Shown here: positions 52,331 to 64,000 of the stretch, piece by piece
How the letters are laid out: each line of letters starts with the position of its first letter
How positions within the stretch are numbered: position 1 is the first letter of the stretch
NCBI GenBank assembly: GCA_951406725.2
Contig: OX597816.1
Span: 118,668,001 to 118,732,000 of the forward strand
DNA: 64,000 nucleotides
Origin: Octopus vulgaris
Taxonomy: Eukaryota
Direction of reading: 5' to 3'
Made by a program: the position numbers and the translations under genes
Notes under the pieces: model-generated
The model's database searches: none
What the model saw: the letters and a program-made list of their open reading frames with translations, nothing else
Told to the model about the DNA's origin: nothing

Positions 52331-53365
52331 TTAAATTTAAATCTTGAAGTGAATCTAATGGTTTTTGTGTGTTTCTTAAATGGCTTATAAACACCTTCCA
52401 CACTGCAATTGTTTTCGTTCCAGCACACAATCTCAGATCAGGTCACTTGCTCTGCAAGTACATCTCCGTAATTTTATCTTTTACTTGTTACAGTTATTAG
52501 ACTGTGGCAATGCCTGATACTTATTCTATTGGTCGCTTTTGCCAAACTGCAAAATTATGGGGAGGTAAACAAACCAACACTGGTTGTCAAGTGGTGGTGG
52601 TAGACAAACACAGACACAAAGACACACACATATATATGATGGGCTTCCTTCAGTTTCCTTCTACAAAATCCACTTATAAGGCTTTGGTCAGCCTAAGGTT
52701 ATATAGTAGAAGGCATTTACCTAAGGTGTCATGCAGTTGGACTGAATCCAGAACCATTTGGTTGGGAAGTTAACTTCTCACCACACAGCCATGCCTAACT
52801 GCCACTTAACATGTCTTCCATGGGTTGGATACTTTGAGCGGATATGATGAGTCAGCAAATTGCATAAGCTTCAATGTTTGCTTTGGCATAGTTTCTATGG
52901 CCAGATGCTCTTTTTAACTCCAATCATTTTATGTAGTGTACAGGTGCATTTTTTTGTGGCACCAGCCATAGTGAGGCCAGCAAGCCACTCACAAAGCAAA
53001 AAAGAAAGCCTCCCTGACAAAGTGAGAGTGTAGTAAAGAGGAAAGTCGCTTCATGCTTAATGTTGAGGGTTTAACATATGATAAAAGGACACACACATAC
53101 ACACAACATTAACAAATGCAGTATAAGATAGATAAAAAGACCTCATTATGTGTATTGAACCATGTATCTATTGCTTGCTGGGCAATTGTACTTCCAGTTA
53201 GACCAACAGGTCTGAATGAATTTGAGTACCATTCAAATTCTCATGATCCACAAGAATAGTTGACAATTTAGCAGCTATCTAACAACTATCAGACAAGGTT
53301 CACAAATCAGTGTTCAATAGTTGTTCAAGGTCACACTGGAATCTCTCTATATTTATGACTTAGGG

Positions 53366-53616
53366 CAGCGTTTCTCAACCATTTTTTCACCTATGGACCC
53401 AATTCCTATTTTAGTCGGATGGACCCTCATAACCATTCAATATTTAAAAAATTCTATTATATTTTTCTAATTAAATATTATTGGGAATTGTAGAAGAAAT
53501 TCTAAAAAACTTTTTGTGCATTGCAAAAATATAACCAGTTTATTGCATATAAATTTTAACAGCAAAATATTACATGGAGCCCCAAGGGCTATATGGACTC
53601 TTGTTGAGAACCACTG
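53366..53616. mobile_element. hAT-type MITE
   Basis: CAGCGTTTCTCAAC / GTTGAGAACCACTG TIRs. Confidence 0.88.
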
Positions 53617-53643
53617 CTTTAAAGAGTGCAAAGGTTTAAAAGT

Positions 53644-54987
53644 CAGTGGTCCTCAGCCATTTTTTACCTATGGACCCCTTTAATTCCTATTTTACTTTAC
53701 TGAAGCCCTCTTCCTCTACATTTGATGTTTAACCCTTTCGTTACCAAACCGCCCAAAGCCGCCCGAAAAAAATTTTGGTTAATGTGACCAAACTGCCCAA
53801 ACGCGCCCGTATTTACCTATTCATATTTAAATGAGAATATCAGAGCAAATCTCTTTAGTACATTCGTGAAAACATGTGATTATACTTCGTAAACAGTTTA
53901 TCTACAGTTTTGTACAACGATCGAAGTGTAATTTTAATTCCGTGAATTTTGGGAGATTTTTTTCCGAAATTTGTTCCTATTGTGTTTTCAAAATTTGTAA
54001 TTCTGACAAAAAATGGATACGAATTTCATTATATCAAGCAGCGAGTCAGAATTCGAAGGATTTTCTACTGAAGACCTTGATAAATCTAACTCTATGACTG
54101 AAAAAAAGCACGTGGTATTTGATAATGAATCTGATGTTTCATTTTCCGAAAGTGAAAACAGTGAATCCGAGAGCTCCGACAGCGATAAAGAAAATGAATT
54201 GGCACCTGAATGGAGTGAAAATTTAAAAACTGTTTCTTTCAGTGATTTTTCTGAAGAAACTGGACCAAACCACAGACTTTCCCAGGAGAGTAAAGCCTTA
54301 GACTATTTCTTTTTACTTTTTCGAATGAGCCTATTTGAAACCATTACGGCGGAAACGAACCGTTACGCTAAATGTAAACAAAGCGAAAGAAAGTATAGTT
54401 AGTGATTTCCCACAACCTTAAATGAAATTAAGACTATTTTGCCATAAATATTATTATGGGTATCAGAAAGTTACCCAGAATAACAAATTCTATCATAAAA
54501 TTTTGTTGTATACCCAATTGAATATTAGCTAATAACCCATTTTCTATAGCGATGTTTGAACAAAATTTTAATAATTTTATATTTTGTTGAATTTACCTGT
54601 ATCTACCTGCAATTAGAGTCACTTTGTGACAAAAATTATAGTATAGAATTGGTTGAGAACATTTCATTAAATTATCTTCCAAAAATCACATTAATATATT
54701 GATAAATAAAAAAGTTATAGTTGTTTAATGAAACCAGACTAAATTTATGATTATGTTAGAAATTAATTGAAACACATAAGGGGTGTATTTTGGTCAGAAA
54801 TATAGTAACGAAAAGGTTAAAAAACGTCCCATTATATTTTTATAAATAAATATTAAGAATTGTATAAAAAAATTGTTAAAACATTTTGTGAATCATAGAC
54901 ATGTAACGAATTTATTGCAGATAAATTTTAACAGCAAAATCTTATATGGCCCCCTAGGACCATGTGGACCCCAGTTGAGAACTACTG
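53644..54987. mobile_element. Second hAT-type MITE, split by a piggyBac
   Basis: CAGTGGTCCTCAGC / GTTGAGAACTACTG; halves collinear with 53366-53616. Confidence 0.85.
53733..54816 (+). mobile_element. Internally deleted piggyBac (second family)
   Basis: TTAA-CCCTTTCGTTAC ... GTAACGAAAAGG-TTAA; ORF 54013-54402 is a piggyBac transposase N-terminus (SSSESEFEGF..LDYFFLLF..ETNRYA); catalytic core absent. Confidence 0.93.
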
Positions 54988-55519
54988 ACTTAAAGTAAGC
55001 TTAAAAATCATCATCAATTAATGTCTGTCTTACATGCTGGCATGGGTTGGACAGTTTGACAGGATCTAATAAATCAGAGGACTATGTTGAACTCCAATGT
55101 CTGCTTTGGCACAGCTGGATGCCCTTCCTAATGCCAACTAATTTTCAGAGTATACTAAATGCTTTTTCTGTGACGGCTGTCAAATGACTTGCAAGAAAAA
55201 GAAGCCTTTTTGGAGGTGGTGGCATTATGTCAGGAGCTGATAGGCTAAAGTATGAGAGGAGAGGCACTGGCAACTCAGTATAGAAGAAATACATGGTCAT
55301 CTAACATTATTTAGAAGTAGGTAGGAGAAAATAGAAATGTTAATGATGAGGTGTAAGAGGATAATATCAAGGTACAAGAAGGTGAGTATAAGAGAATATG
55401 GACCAGGGATGGTGTGAGTGAATAAGATTTGATAAGTGTGAGAGGAGGGCAACATATATTTATGGATGAGGATAGAGGCATCCACATCTGGAATTTCTTT
55501 CCTAGTTCTACTACAGATT

Positions 55520-56600
55520 CCACTATGAATCAGGTCATCATCATACGGTAGTTTCTAAGAGTAGCCAGTCTTATATCCCTTCGTTATAGCCAGAATATGA
55601 ACAGGTAGGAACAAAGAACTGAGCCCTGGTGAATTCCTACCTGTACTCTTAATTCATTGTTGTACGAGTAGCTAACTCTCATATTACTGACAGTGTCCCT
55701 GTACATGGCTTGTATGGCTCTCACAAACCATTTCTTACCCCTAACTTTCTCAGAGATTACCATATCACAGAGTGAGGGACCCTGTCTATTTTTCGCTAAA
55801 TACTTCCTCTTGCAGTTGTCTTACTAAAAAGAGGGCATCAACAGTATTCCTTCTTAGTACAAAACCAAGCTGCATTTCATCCAGACTAATCCTCTTTCTA
55901 AATATCTGAGCAATATCTCTTTCTCTAACTTTCATGATCTGGTCTAGTAGTTTAATACTTCTCTAATTACTTCTATCTAAAGTATCTCCTTTACCATCTT
56001 AACAGATGACTAAAATGCTGCTACACCAGTCGTTGGGTATGATACCTTCCTAAACAACTTGATTAACTATATGGTTGACTAGGCGTATCTATTACCAGAT
56101 ATTTTAAGCATCTCAGCGATGATTCCTAATAGACCAGGGGCTTTCCCCATCTTTATAGCTTTAACTGTTTTATCTATCATTCTGCTGCCAGCTATGATAG
56201 CTAGTCTCTCTGTTGAGTCCACATTGGGAAGATCCTATTTTCCCCTATGCATTCTTCACATTTAGTAACCTTCTCTTTCACTGTAGCACTTCTATATCTC
56301 TTTCTTTTCAGAATCATGAAGTGTAATGTACCATTATCCATCTGCACACATTTCTCACCTACAACATCTCAGTTATCACTGATAACTGCCTGGATTGCAA
56401 CGTTGTCTTGCAATCCAGAACAGCTCATGACTTTGATCCTCACATTGTAGAACATTGGATAAACCTCTTGCTTTCCATTTCTCTGTTATTTAAACCTGAC
56501 ATCTAGATAGATTATCTCCTAGCAACCTGGTACAGCTCTCTGCTGCTTCTTTTTCTCCAGTCTTTGCAAGACTGTCTTTTTGCTTCATTACCACATCACC
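55520..56600 (-). pseudogene. Decayed RTE reverse transcriptase fragment
   Basis: Minus strand reads KMGKAPGL.GI.AEML, IPNDWCSS, VGIHQGSV and YDDDL-like remnants. Confidence 0.8.
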
Positions 56601-59279
56601 CGCAAACAGAGATTTTTAACACACACACACAGAGAAAGAGAGAGAGAAACAAATACATACATATACACACTTCTCACTCATACTGGTTTGCCATGGATTG
56701 ATCAATCCATAACAAGAAAGAAATAAATACATGTCATAAACCTGATGAAGATGAATGACTCGGTAATGAAATATATAAACTGATGGTACAAAATAGAGAA
56801 ACAGAGTGTTTCACAAATGAATAGCTCTCCAAATGCTGATTAATCAATCAATCATGGAATAATAATGGTATGCTAGGTTGAGTGAGTGATATGCCCTGCG
56901 GGGGTTTTTTAGTTGGAGGTTAGACATTTGTTTTTACTGTATAGATAATAATAATAAGTTTGTTTCCACTATATAGTCACTTTGAAGACAAAACAAAAAA
57001 TCATTATGAGAAGAAAATCAAATCTATATATTACTCTATGTATTGTTTTAAGAGAATCTGTTCAACTATGTACGTTGCTGTAAAGCAACGAAAATACATC
57101 ATTTGACTTTGGAAAGTGAAATCTAGTAATAATCTCAGAGCTTATAGTGTTGTATTGATGTAACTAACTCTCAGACCAGCGGAAGACTGACCAACTGGTC
57201 TCAGTTTGACTTGCTATTGGATTTAATCATTGGTTCTCATTATAGGCTGCATGTGATGGCTGCTGTCCAACAGTCTATTCTAGGTTGAACTTATCGAACA
57301 AGAGCGTCCTCCACCCCATCCCATATGGATATTTTACTCAATTGCAAGGGGATTGATTAAGAAAAAAATCTCTTCCTGCCCTTCCTTCTATCACAACATG
57401 GAAAACACACGCACACAGACACACACTGCCTCCTAGCCAACTGCATTGCATGTTGTCTACACTCTCTACTTAGCTGTCCTAAACTAGCAGACTGACACTG
57501 ACTTTCCATTAAGTCTTTGTTACTTTATTGTGACACCATTTTCAAAATATAAGCTCAGGGGCTCAATTTCACAGTGACACTAAACACATATAGATATCAG
57601 TTCATCATCATCATTTTATTGTCCACTTTTCCATGTTCATGTGAGTTGGATGGAATTTGTTGGGGCAGATTTTCTATGGCCAGATGCCCTTCCTGTTGCC
57701 AACCCTGTTTCCAAGTAAGGTAATATTTCCCAATAACCAGACATATTTTCACAGAATACTGAATAGGAAGGACACCGTTTGCATTCACAACTATCATATG
57801 ATATCAAAGCAAGGAGACAGCAACGCACTCACATGCACACACATACACACACACACACACATACACACGGCAGAGCTCTTTCAATTTTATCTACCAAATC
57901 CTCTCACAAGTCTTTGGCTGGCCTGGGTCAGTAGTAGAAGTTTCCACACAGTGGGACTGTAACAAAAACCATGTGATTATGAAGCAGATTTCCTACCACA
58001 TAGCTATATACATATTTATTCATAACACACAGTGTATTGGTACTCTACTAATACATATAAAACATACAAATGTACATTTTGAGACAGGAAGGTGCTCATA
58101 AGAGAGAAAGTGGCAACGATGGATTGAAGGATGTAAGTGCCTCACACACAGGATTCAGAAAAATAGCAATATACTGTACTGCCAACCTGTTCAACCCATA
58201 CAAAAAAATCCATTGGTGATGATGATGATGATGATGATGATAATGATATTATACTTATTAGTAGAACTACTTGACCTACATCAAGGCATATGATTGAACT
58301 ACATGAAACTATAATGGAATCCAACAGTTCAAAATAGATATTTTGTTTTGTCAATATACCTTTGTCAATAATTTGGAGGTAATAAACCCATTATAGTATT
58401 TTAACCATACAAACATACATTCCCATATATTTATATGTTAAGTCCGCTTATGTGTCTAAATGCATTTATCTGGTTCCAGAAATCTTTTAGCCTTTACTTA
58501 CTTCAGTTGTTGGACTGACCATGCTAGGGCATGGCCTTCAATGGTTTGATCAAACAAATTGACTTATTTTTTAAGTCTGGTACCTATTCTGGCAATTTCT
58601 TTTGCCAAACCACTAAGTTATGGGAATGTAAACAAACCAACACCAGTTGATAAGTTATGGAGAAAAAACACAAACATAAAGATGTGTCTGTGCGCACACA
58701 TATATATAGGTTTGATGATGCAGAGTTTGTAAGTGCAAACACACGAAACTCTTGGCCCTTGAGTCACTCCATTGCTTCTGTTAAATATCAATATGACAGG
58801 ATTCCACACAATTTCCATTTACCGAATTCATTTATAAGGTATTGGTTGGTCCAGGGATACAGTAGAAGAGTAGAAGACACTTGCTCAAGATTCTACATCG
58901 TGGGACTGAACCTGAAACCGTTTGGTTGTAAAGCGAGCTTCTGAACCACACAGCCATGCCTAGCCAGTGTATATTCATTTTTCCTGAGAACTACCCTTCC
59001 TCCACCTCTGTTCACTGACAGCATTCCTCCTCTCCTCCATCCCCCACACTCTTTTTACACTCTTGCAAACTTATCTGCCCACACACCTTGTTACTTATAT
59101 ACACCTCCTTGTACCTTGAGGGTACACACCAACTTATCTTCATGATCTCTCTCTCGCTCTCCTTTTCAACCTGAGTTAGCCATGTTATCGTCTCTACTGC
59201 AAGACATCTATTTCTATCCTTCTATCATACTTTAACCTTTCAATATCTGGCGCAAAGTCACCTCCCTCAATACTACTCT

Positions 59280-59732
59280 CCACTTAGTTGAGAGGTCTAG
59301 TCTTGAAAGTTACTTGGTGACCTCACTGGTGCTATATAAAAAGCGCCCTGTACACTCTGTAAAATAGTTGGCATTAGGAATGATATTCACAGCTACAGAA
59401 ACTATGCAAAAGCAGACAGCAGAATTTGATGCAGTCCTCTGGTTTGCCAGCTTCTTATTTATTTATTGCCCACAAGGGGCTAAACATAGAGGGGACAAAC
59501 AAGGACAGACAAAGGGATTAAGTCAATTACATTGACCCCAGTGCATAACTGGTACTTAATTTATCAACCCCCGCAAGGATGAAAGGCAAAGTCGACCTCA
59601 GTGGAATTTGAACTCAGAACGTAAAGACAGACAAATTACTGCTGAGCATTTTGCCCAGCGTGCAAATGCTTCTGTTAAACTGTCTAACCCATGCCAGCAT
59701 GGAAAGCAGATGTTAAATGATGATAATGATGA
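59280..59732 (+). mobile_element. RTE tail with a nested minus-strand Meta-type SINE (~59453-59670)
   Basis: Tail halves flank the insert, with gcttct at both junctions. Confidence 0.75.
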
Positions 59733-60242
59733 TATATAGACAGGCTTCTTTCCATCAACAGATGGAAAGAGTTTCAACAGATGGTCTCTCAGTTAATAAT
59801 GCAATGTTTTAATCAAAAAGCTATTGATATTTTAACTTAACAGTTCAAAATCAAACAGTTTCAGCTTTTGTTTGGAGACAAACAATGGAACATAATATAT
59901 GGCTTTAGATACTGAGTGTTTTATTTCATTAAAAATGTTAACTGAACTAGATAATGATTGTGTGGACATGTATGTATGGCTACATTTAGATATGCCTTAT
60001 CTTACACTTGTTTTAAACACTGATTTGGCATTGAGCTATTAACTAAAAATACATATTGACAAATATTTATTTATACTGCACAATTAATACCAACAACAGA
60101 AAAACATATCAAGTGAATAAATTCAATGTCTACCATGTTTTTCAGTAGAAATTATTAATGTAAGTTTACTGTTTTGACATAAAATAATGAGAAGCAGTGC
60201 AATTATATCAATGACTATGTCTAACAAATAATAAATGTTTAA

Positions 60243-60457
60243 CCCTTTAGCAATCAGATTTCTTTGTCAAATACATATTTAGTCATATTGTTTTGAATCT
60301 GTCATACATTACTTTGTAGCTATGTGATTTCAATGATGTGATGGTATATTTTTAGAATTACATTGTATGGTAAGTGGAGGAGGTCCGATCTGGTCAATTT
60401 GAACATAAGACGGGTAGAATATTTGGGCCTGATTTGGCTTGTTTGAATATTAAAGGG
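60243..60457 (+). mobile_element. Complete piggyBac-derived MITE (~215 bp)
   Basis: TTAA-CCCTTTAGC...TATTAAAGGG-tcaa; left and right parts match the two ends of 12855-15569. Confidence 0.82.
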
Positions 60458-60724
60458 TCAAGTCAAGTTAAAAGTCCTTGTGTTTTTTTCTGAATGGCAA
60501 ATATGTTTTGTACACTGCAAATGGATCATATCACTTGCCTACCAAGTATGCCTCTGAAAAACATGATTGTTTTTAACATAGCTACAAGACTCGAAATTTG
60601 GTGGGGGGGAAGGTTAGTTATACTGATCCCAGTACTTGACTGGTACTTCATTTCATCAACCCCTTCACCAAAAATATGAACGATAAAGTCGACTTCAATG
60701 GGTCAACTCAGAACATAAATAATT

Positions 60725-61022
60725 GTGGAGGCATATGGCCTAGTGGTTAGAGCAGTGGACTCGTGGTCGAGGGATCGTGGATTCGAATCTCAGACGGGCG
60801 ATGTGTGTGTTTATGAGTGAAACACCTAAGCTCCATGCGGCTCCGGCAGAAGGTAATGGCGAACTTCTGCTGACTCTTTCGCCATAACTTTCTCTCACTC
60901 TTTCCTCCTGCATCTTGCAGCTCACCTGTGACAGACCGGTGTCCCGTCCAGGTGGGGAACCTATATGCCAAGGAAACCGGGAAACCGGCCCTTATGAGCC
61001 AAGTGTGGCTCGAGAAGGAACA
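60725..61022 (+). mobile_element. tRNA-derived SINE (family E), relatively young
   Basis: A-box tggcctagtggttagagc, B-box ggattcgaatctc, GC-rich body, 3' ggaaaccgggaaaccggcccttatgagcc; interrupts a family-D SINE. Confidence 0.88.
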
Positions 61023-62271
61023 TAAAGAATTGGGACAAATACTGCAAGGCATTTTGTCAGATACTCTAACAATTTGAACAAAAACATTCAATTTCATTTT
61101 TGTACTCTGCCTACACACACACACACACACACACACAGATTCTTGATGTGAAATTCATTTACTGAAACTCATAAGTACTCTGGGAGGTTTTGAATTATTG
61201 ATTAATTACTGAATCAAAAATTAATTAATTAATTGACAATAAAGAAGTAAACTGTAACTGGTACCTCTGTCTTTTTTATTGTTAGAATGACCCAAAGTAA
61301 CCTCAAGTATAACAATAATATTTGAACTTAGGCACAAAGTCAGATATGTTTTGCTTGGAGAAGAGGAAGAGGTTGTACTGTTTACTATATTGGATTACAA
61401 TACTAACTATGAGTCAGTGAGTAACCTTTTTTGTAGTTACTTAACCTCATAGAAATAGCAGCTAACTCATTCTCAAATTATACAACATCATAAAAAAAGA
61501 CACTGGATAATGTAATTCAAAAAGAGAAAAACAAAAAACAACAACAAACAAAACAAAAGAGGAAAAGAAAAGAAAATGGAGAAAACTAGAGCTGGTCAAG
61601 GTTGGAATACTTTTGTTCATAGGTCAGCTTGATCAGAGTTTGTGACTAAACAACAACAGTAATAACACTGACTAAACAACTAAATGAGGGTATATTGTGT
61701 TACTGCACAGACCAACCCATTAACATGAAGAAACGTGGTGTACTGTGTTACCTCCTCCTCCCCCTCTCGAATAAATCTCATGCACAAAATGCTATGCTGA
61801 ATCCTCCTCTTCAGAACTGCAACTTGCACCTTGCAAGTTTTCCCTACAGGCATGATAGTGACATAATCAATCTCATTAGCCTAAGTGTACCAGCAAAAGT
61901 AGATTTTCTCCTCATAATAAAGAAAGAAAAACGGTTTAAACATTAATACAAACTACAGCCTATACTGTGTTACTATACATATATAAATTACCAGCTTGTG
62001 GTCTGAGAGCTTAGGATTGTTGAAGGTATTATTGTGTTGTATTTCTGAACTACTGTGAAAGAGTGATTCATTCTATGACACTCAGTGCTAACTTTTGTAA
62101 ACATAGGACAAGACCTTCTAGAAAAGTAACTCGCAGTAGCACAATGTCTTATCCTACCTAGAGAGAATTTGTTCCTCTCTTAAAACTGGGTAAAAGCACT
62201 GGTCCTGTAAATCTCAGGGGTACATGAACAAAACTTAACCACAATTCTCGACTGAAATGACAACCAGCTGC

Positions 62272-62500
62272 TATAATAATCATTACTATAGCGAGAAGGC
62301 CTGAAATTTTTGGGGAAGAGGCAAGTCGATTACATCAACCCCAGTGCTTAACTGGTACTTATTTCATTGACCCCACCTCCCAAAAGATGAAAGGTAAAGG
62401 CGACCTTGGTAAAATTTAAACTCAGAATGTAAAGACAGATGAAACGCCACTGAGCATTTTCCCTAGCATGCTAACAATTCCGTCAGCTTGTCGCTTTAAC
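62272..62500 (-). mobile_element. Meta-type SINE (family D), single complete unit
   Basis: Same unit as the 34511-35950 array; cagctgcta.aataa occurs at both ends (possible TSD). Confidence 0.85.
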
Positions 62501-64000
62501 AGCTGCTACAATAACAGAGGACTCTGATTAGAGGAATCAATTATGTATATGATAATTGTATGATGGAGTGGTGTTTCATAACTTACTACTTGTGTCCATA
62601 GTCACTACACTTAACCCACCATGGCTCAGTCCAGTCAGTTGTATTTATGTATCACAGAAAAATTTACCAGTATAAATAGTAAAATAGATTAGGGTTTCTG
62701 TAGCTGGTACTACTGATTTAATTCTCTGTATGGTGTAAATGGATGCAGTTAAATGGATTTTCTGATGACTAAAGACCATATTCAGTACCATCAAGAGTAG
62801 CAACTTGAGTAAAAGCTAGAATTCCAAGAAATAATCAAGCTTTAATTACATGCAGGTAGGTGTAGATAGAGGGAAAATATAGATATTCAAATAAACATTG
62901 AAAAAATGGGAGCAAGGGCTAAATGGAAAGAAGCAGTTCTGTACACATTTAGTAATGAATATGTAAAATGTAATGATGATCATAGTAGTAAAAGTTAAAG
63001 TGAATATATTTGGAAGAAAAATACTTTAGTTATTAATAAATATTTACTGCAAAAAGAGTCACCTCACCACATAGGGACAGAAAATTCTACAGCCAGATAA
63101 GTTTTGTTAAAGTTTCTGCTGCAGAAGAAGAGTTTACTTCGTGAAAAAGTGAAAATTCTATAACTCAGTGGTTCCTTACCCATTTTAATAAGAAAAGAAG
63201 CCAATAATATCGAACATTGAAGAGCCAAGTTTGGAGGATGGCTACATTTTGGAATGATCAGAGTAAGTAGGTAGATGCAAAATATATAAATAGTGCACAG
63301 TTTATTATTGATAGAGAGACAGAATTTAAATTGGATATGATATAATGAAAACTAATATAAATAATACAAGTTCCATTTCGAACAAAAATATGATAGAAAT
63401 TTAATGAGATGTTTGACACTGAATTTCCCAACAAGCTTGATAATGTTCACTCATAGATTAGTTGCAGAAAGCCTTAGAGTTTGATGTACATGCTTGTCAA
63501 TAAACCTTGATTTCACTAATTTAAGATTTGAAAATGTTTGCTCACAAATATTAGTACAGCTAAAGATGGAAAACAATGCCAGTAGCAAATTATTTTAAAA
63601 CCTGAATAAACTCTTCAGACAGAGATGTAGAAAATTTCACAAGACTCTTATCTTTAGAGTTACAGATTCAGTAAAATAACTTTGATAATTATTATACTGG
63701 TGATTAGAATGTGAATTATTGTAAAATTTTGATGGAAGGTTTTAATGTGGATCACTTTAAAACAGCAAGTTTGAATCATAAAAAGAAGGGCAGTCTCAGG
63801 CAGGTTGGTATCTAAAGAGGTTAAACTTGGACATCAGCCCATTGCTGGTTTGAAAAATCAATTACTTCCAATTGGTACTTTCCTTGAGTTTCCTCTGGAT
63901 AAAAAGGATTCTAGAATAAGTGAATTTGTAAACGATGCTCATGAAAGTCTACAAACCCGCACACACCTCCTCCGTCCCATCATTTATCCATGTTTCACTC

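Larger units (their letters stand above)
52163..52470. mobile_element. Penelope-like inverted-repeat element (arms ~52163-52266 / 52276-52380, plus a unique extension)
   Basis: Arms are reverse complements by inspection; each contains a hammerhead-like motif. Confidence 0.85.

Noticed and set aside
45490-56800. Other CTGA..GAAA motifs (near 45493, 46927 and 56741)
   Set aside because: No supporting stems; expected by chance in AT-rich DNA
60725-60800. tRNA-like sequence
   Set aside because: A and B boxes are present but there is no acceptor-stem closure and it runs into a SINE body; the same holds for the other SINE heads
61751-61845. Possible minus-strand exon bounded by AG/GT
   Set aside because: Only one frame is open, the peptide is unconvincing and the polypyrimidine tract is poor
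62600-64000. A-rich stretch that may be a decayed transposon ORF
   Set aside because: No recognisable motif or open frame

Overview
AT-rich, microsatellite-dense eukaryotic DNA that is mostly transposon relics. The repeat repertoire points to a cephalopod, probably Octopus (inference): tRNA/CORE-type and Meta-type SINEs, RTE 3' tails ending in (GAT)n, and piggyBac- and hAT-derived MITEs. Only one convincing host coding segment was found, a minus-strand terminal exon (30869-30693) with its 3' UTR. No upstream exon could be recognised in the remaining ~33 kb. Mobile elements include a full-length but degenerate piggyBac with ATAT target duplications, a second deleted piggyBac, two mariners, a DD37D Tc1/mariner, RTE, CR1/Jockey-group and R4-like (RLE) LINE fragments, and fold-back elements. 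The most unusual signal is three different Penelope-like repeat families carrying hammerhead-ribozyme-like motifs. One has a compensatory G3:C8 core and occurs three times, twice inside a long palindrome. Nearly all ORFs in the supplied track are spurious (microsatellite or SINE derived). All alignments and folds were done by eye, and boundaries of old repeats are approximate.
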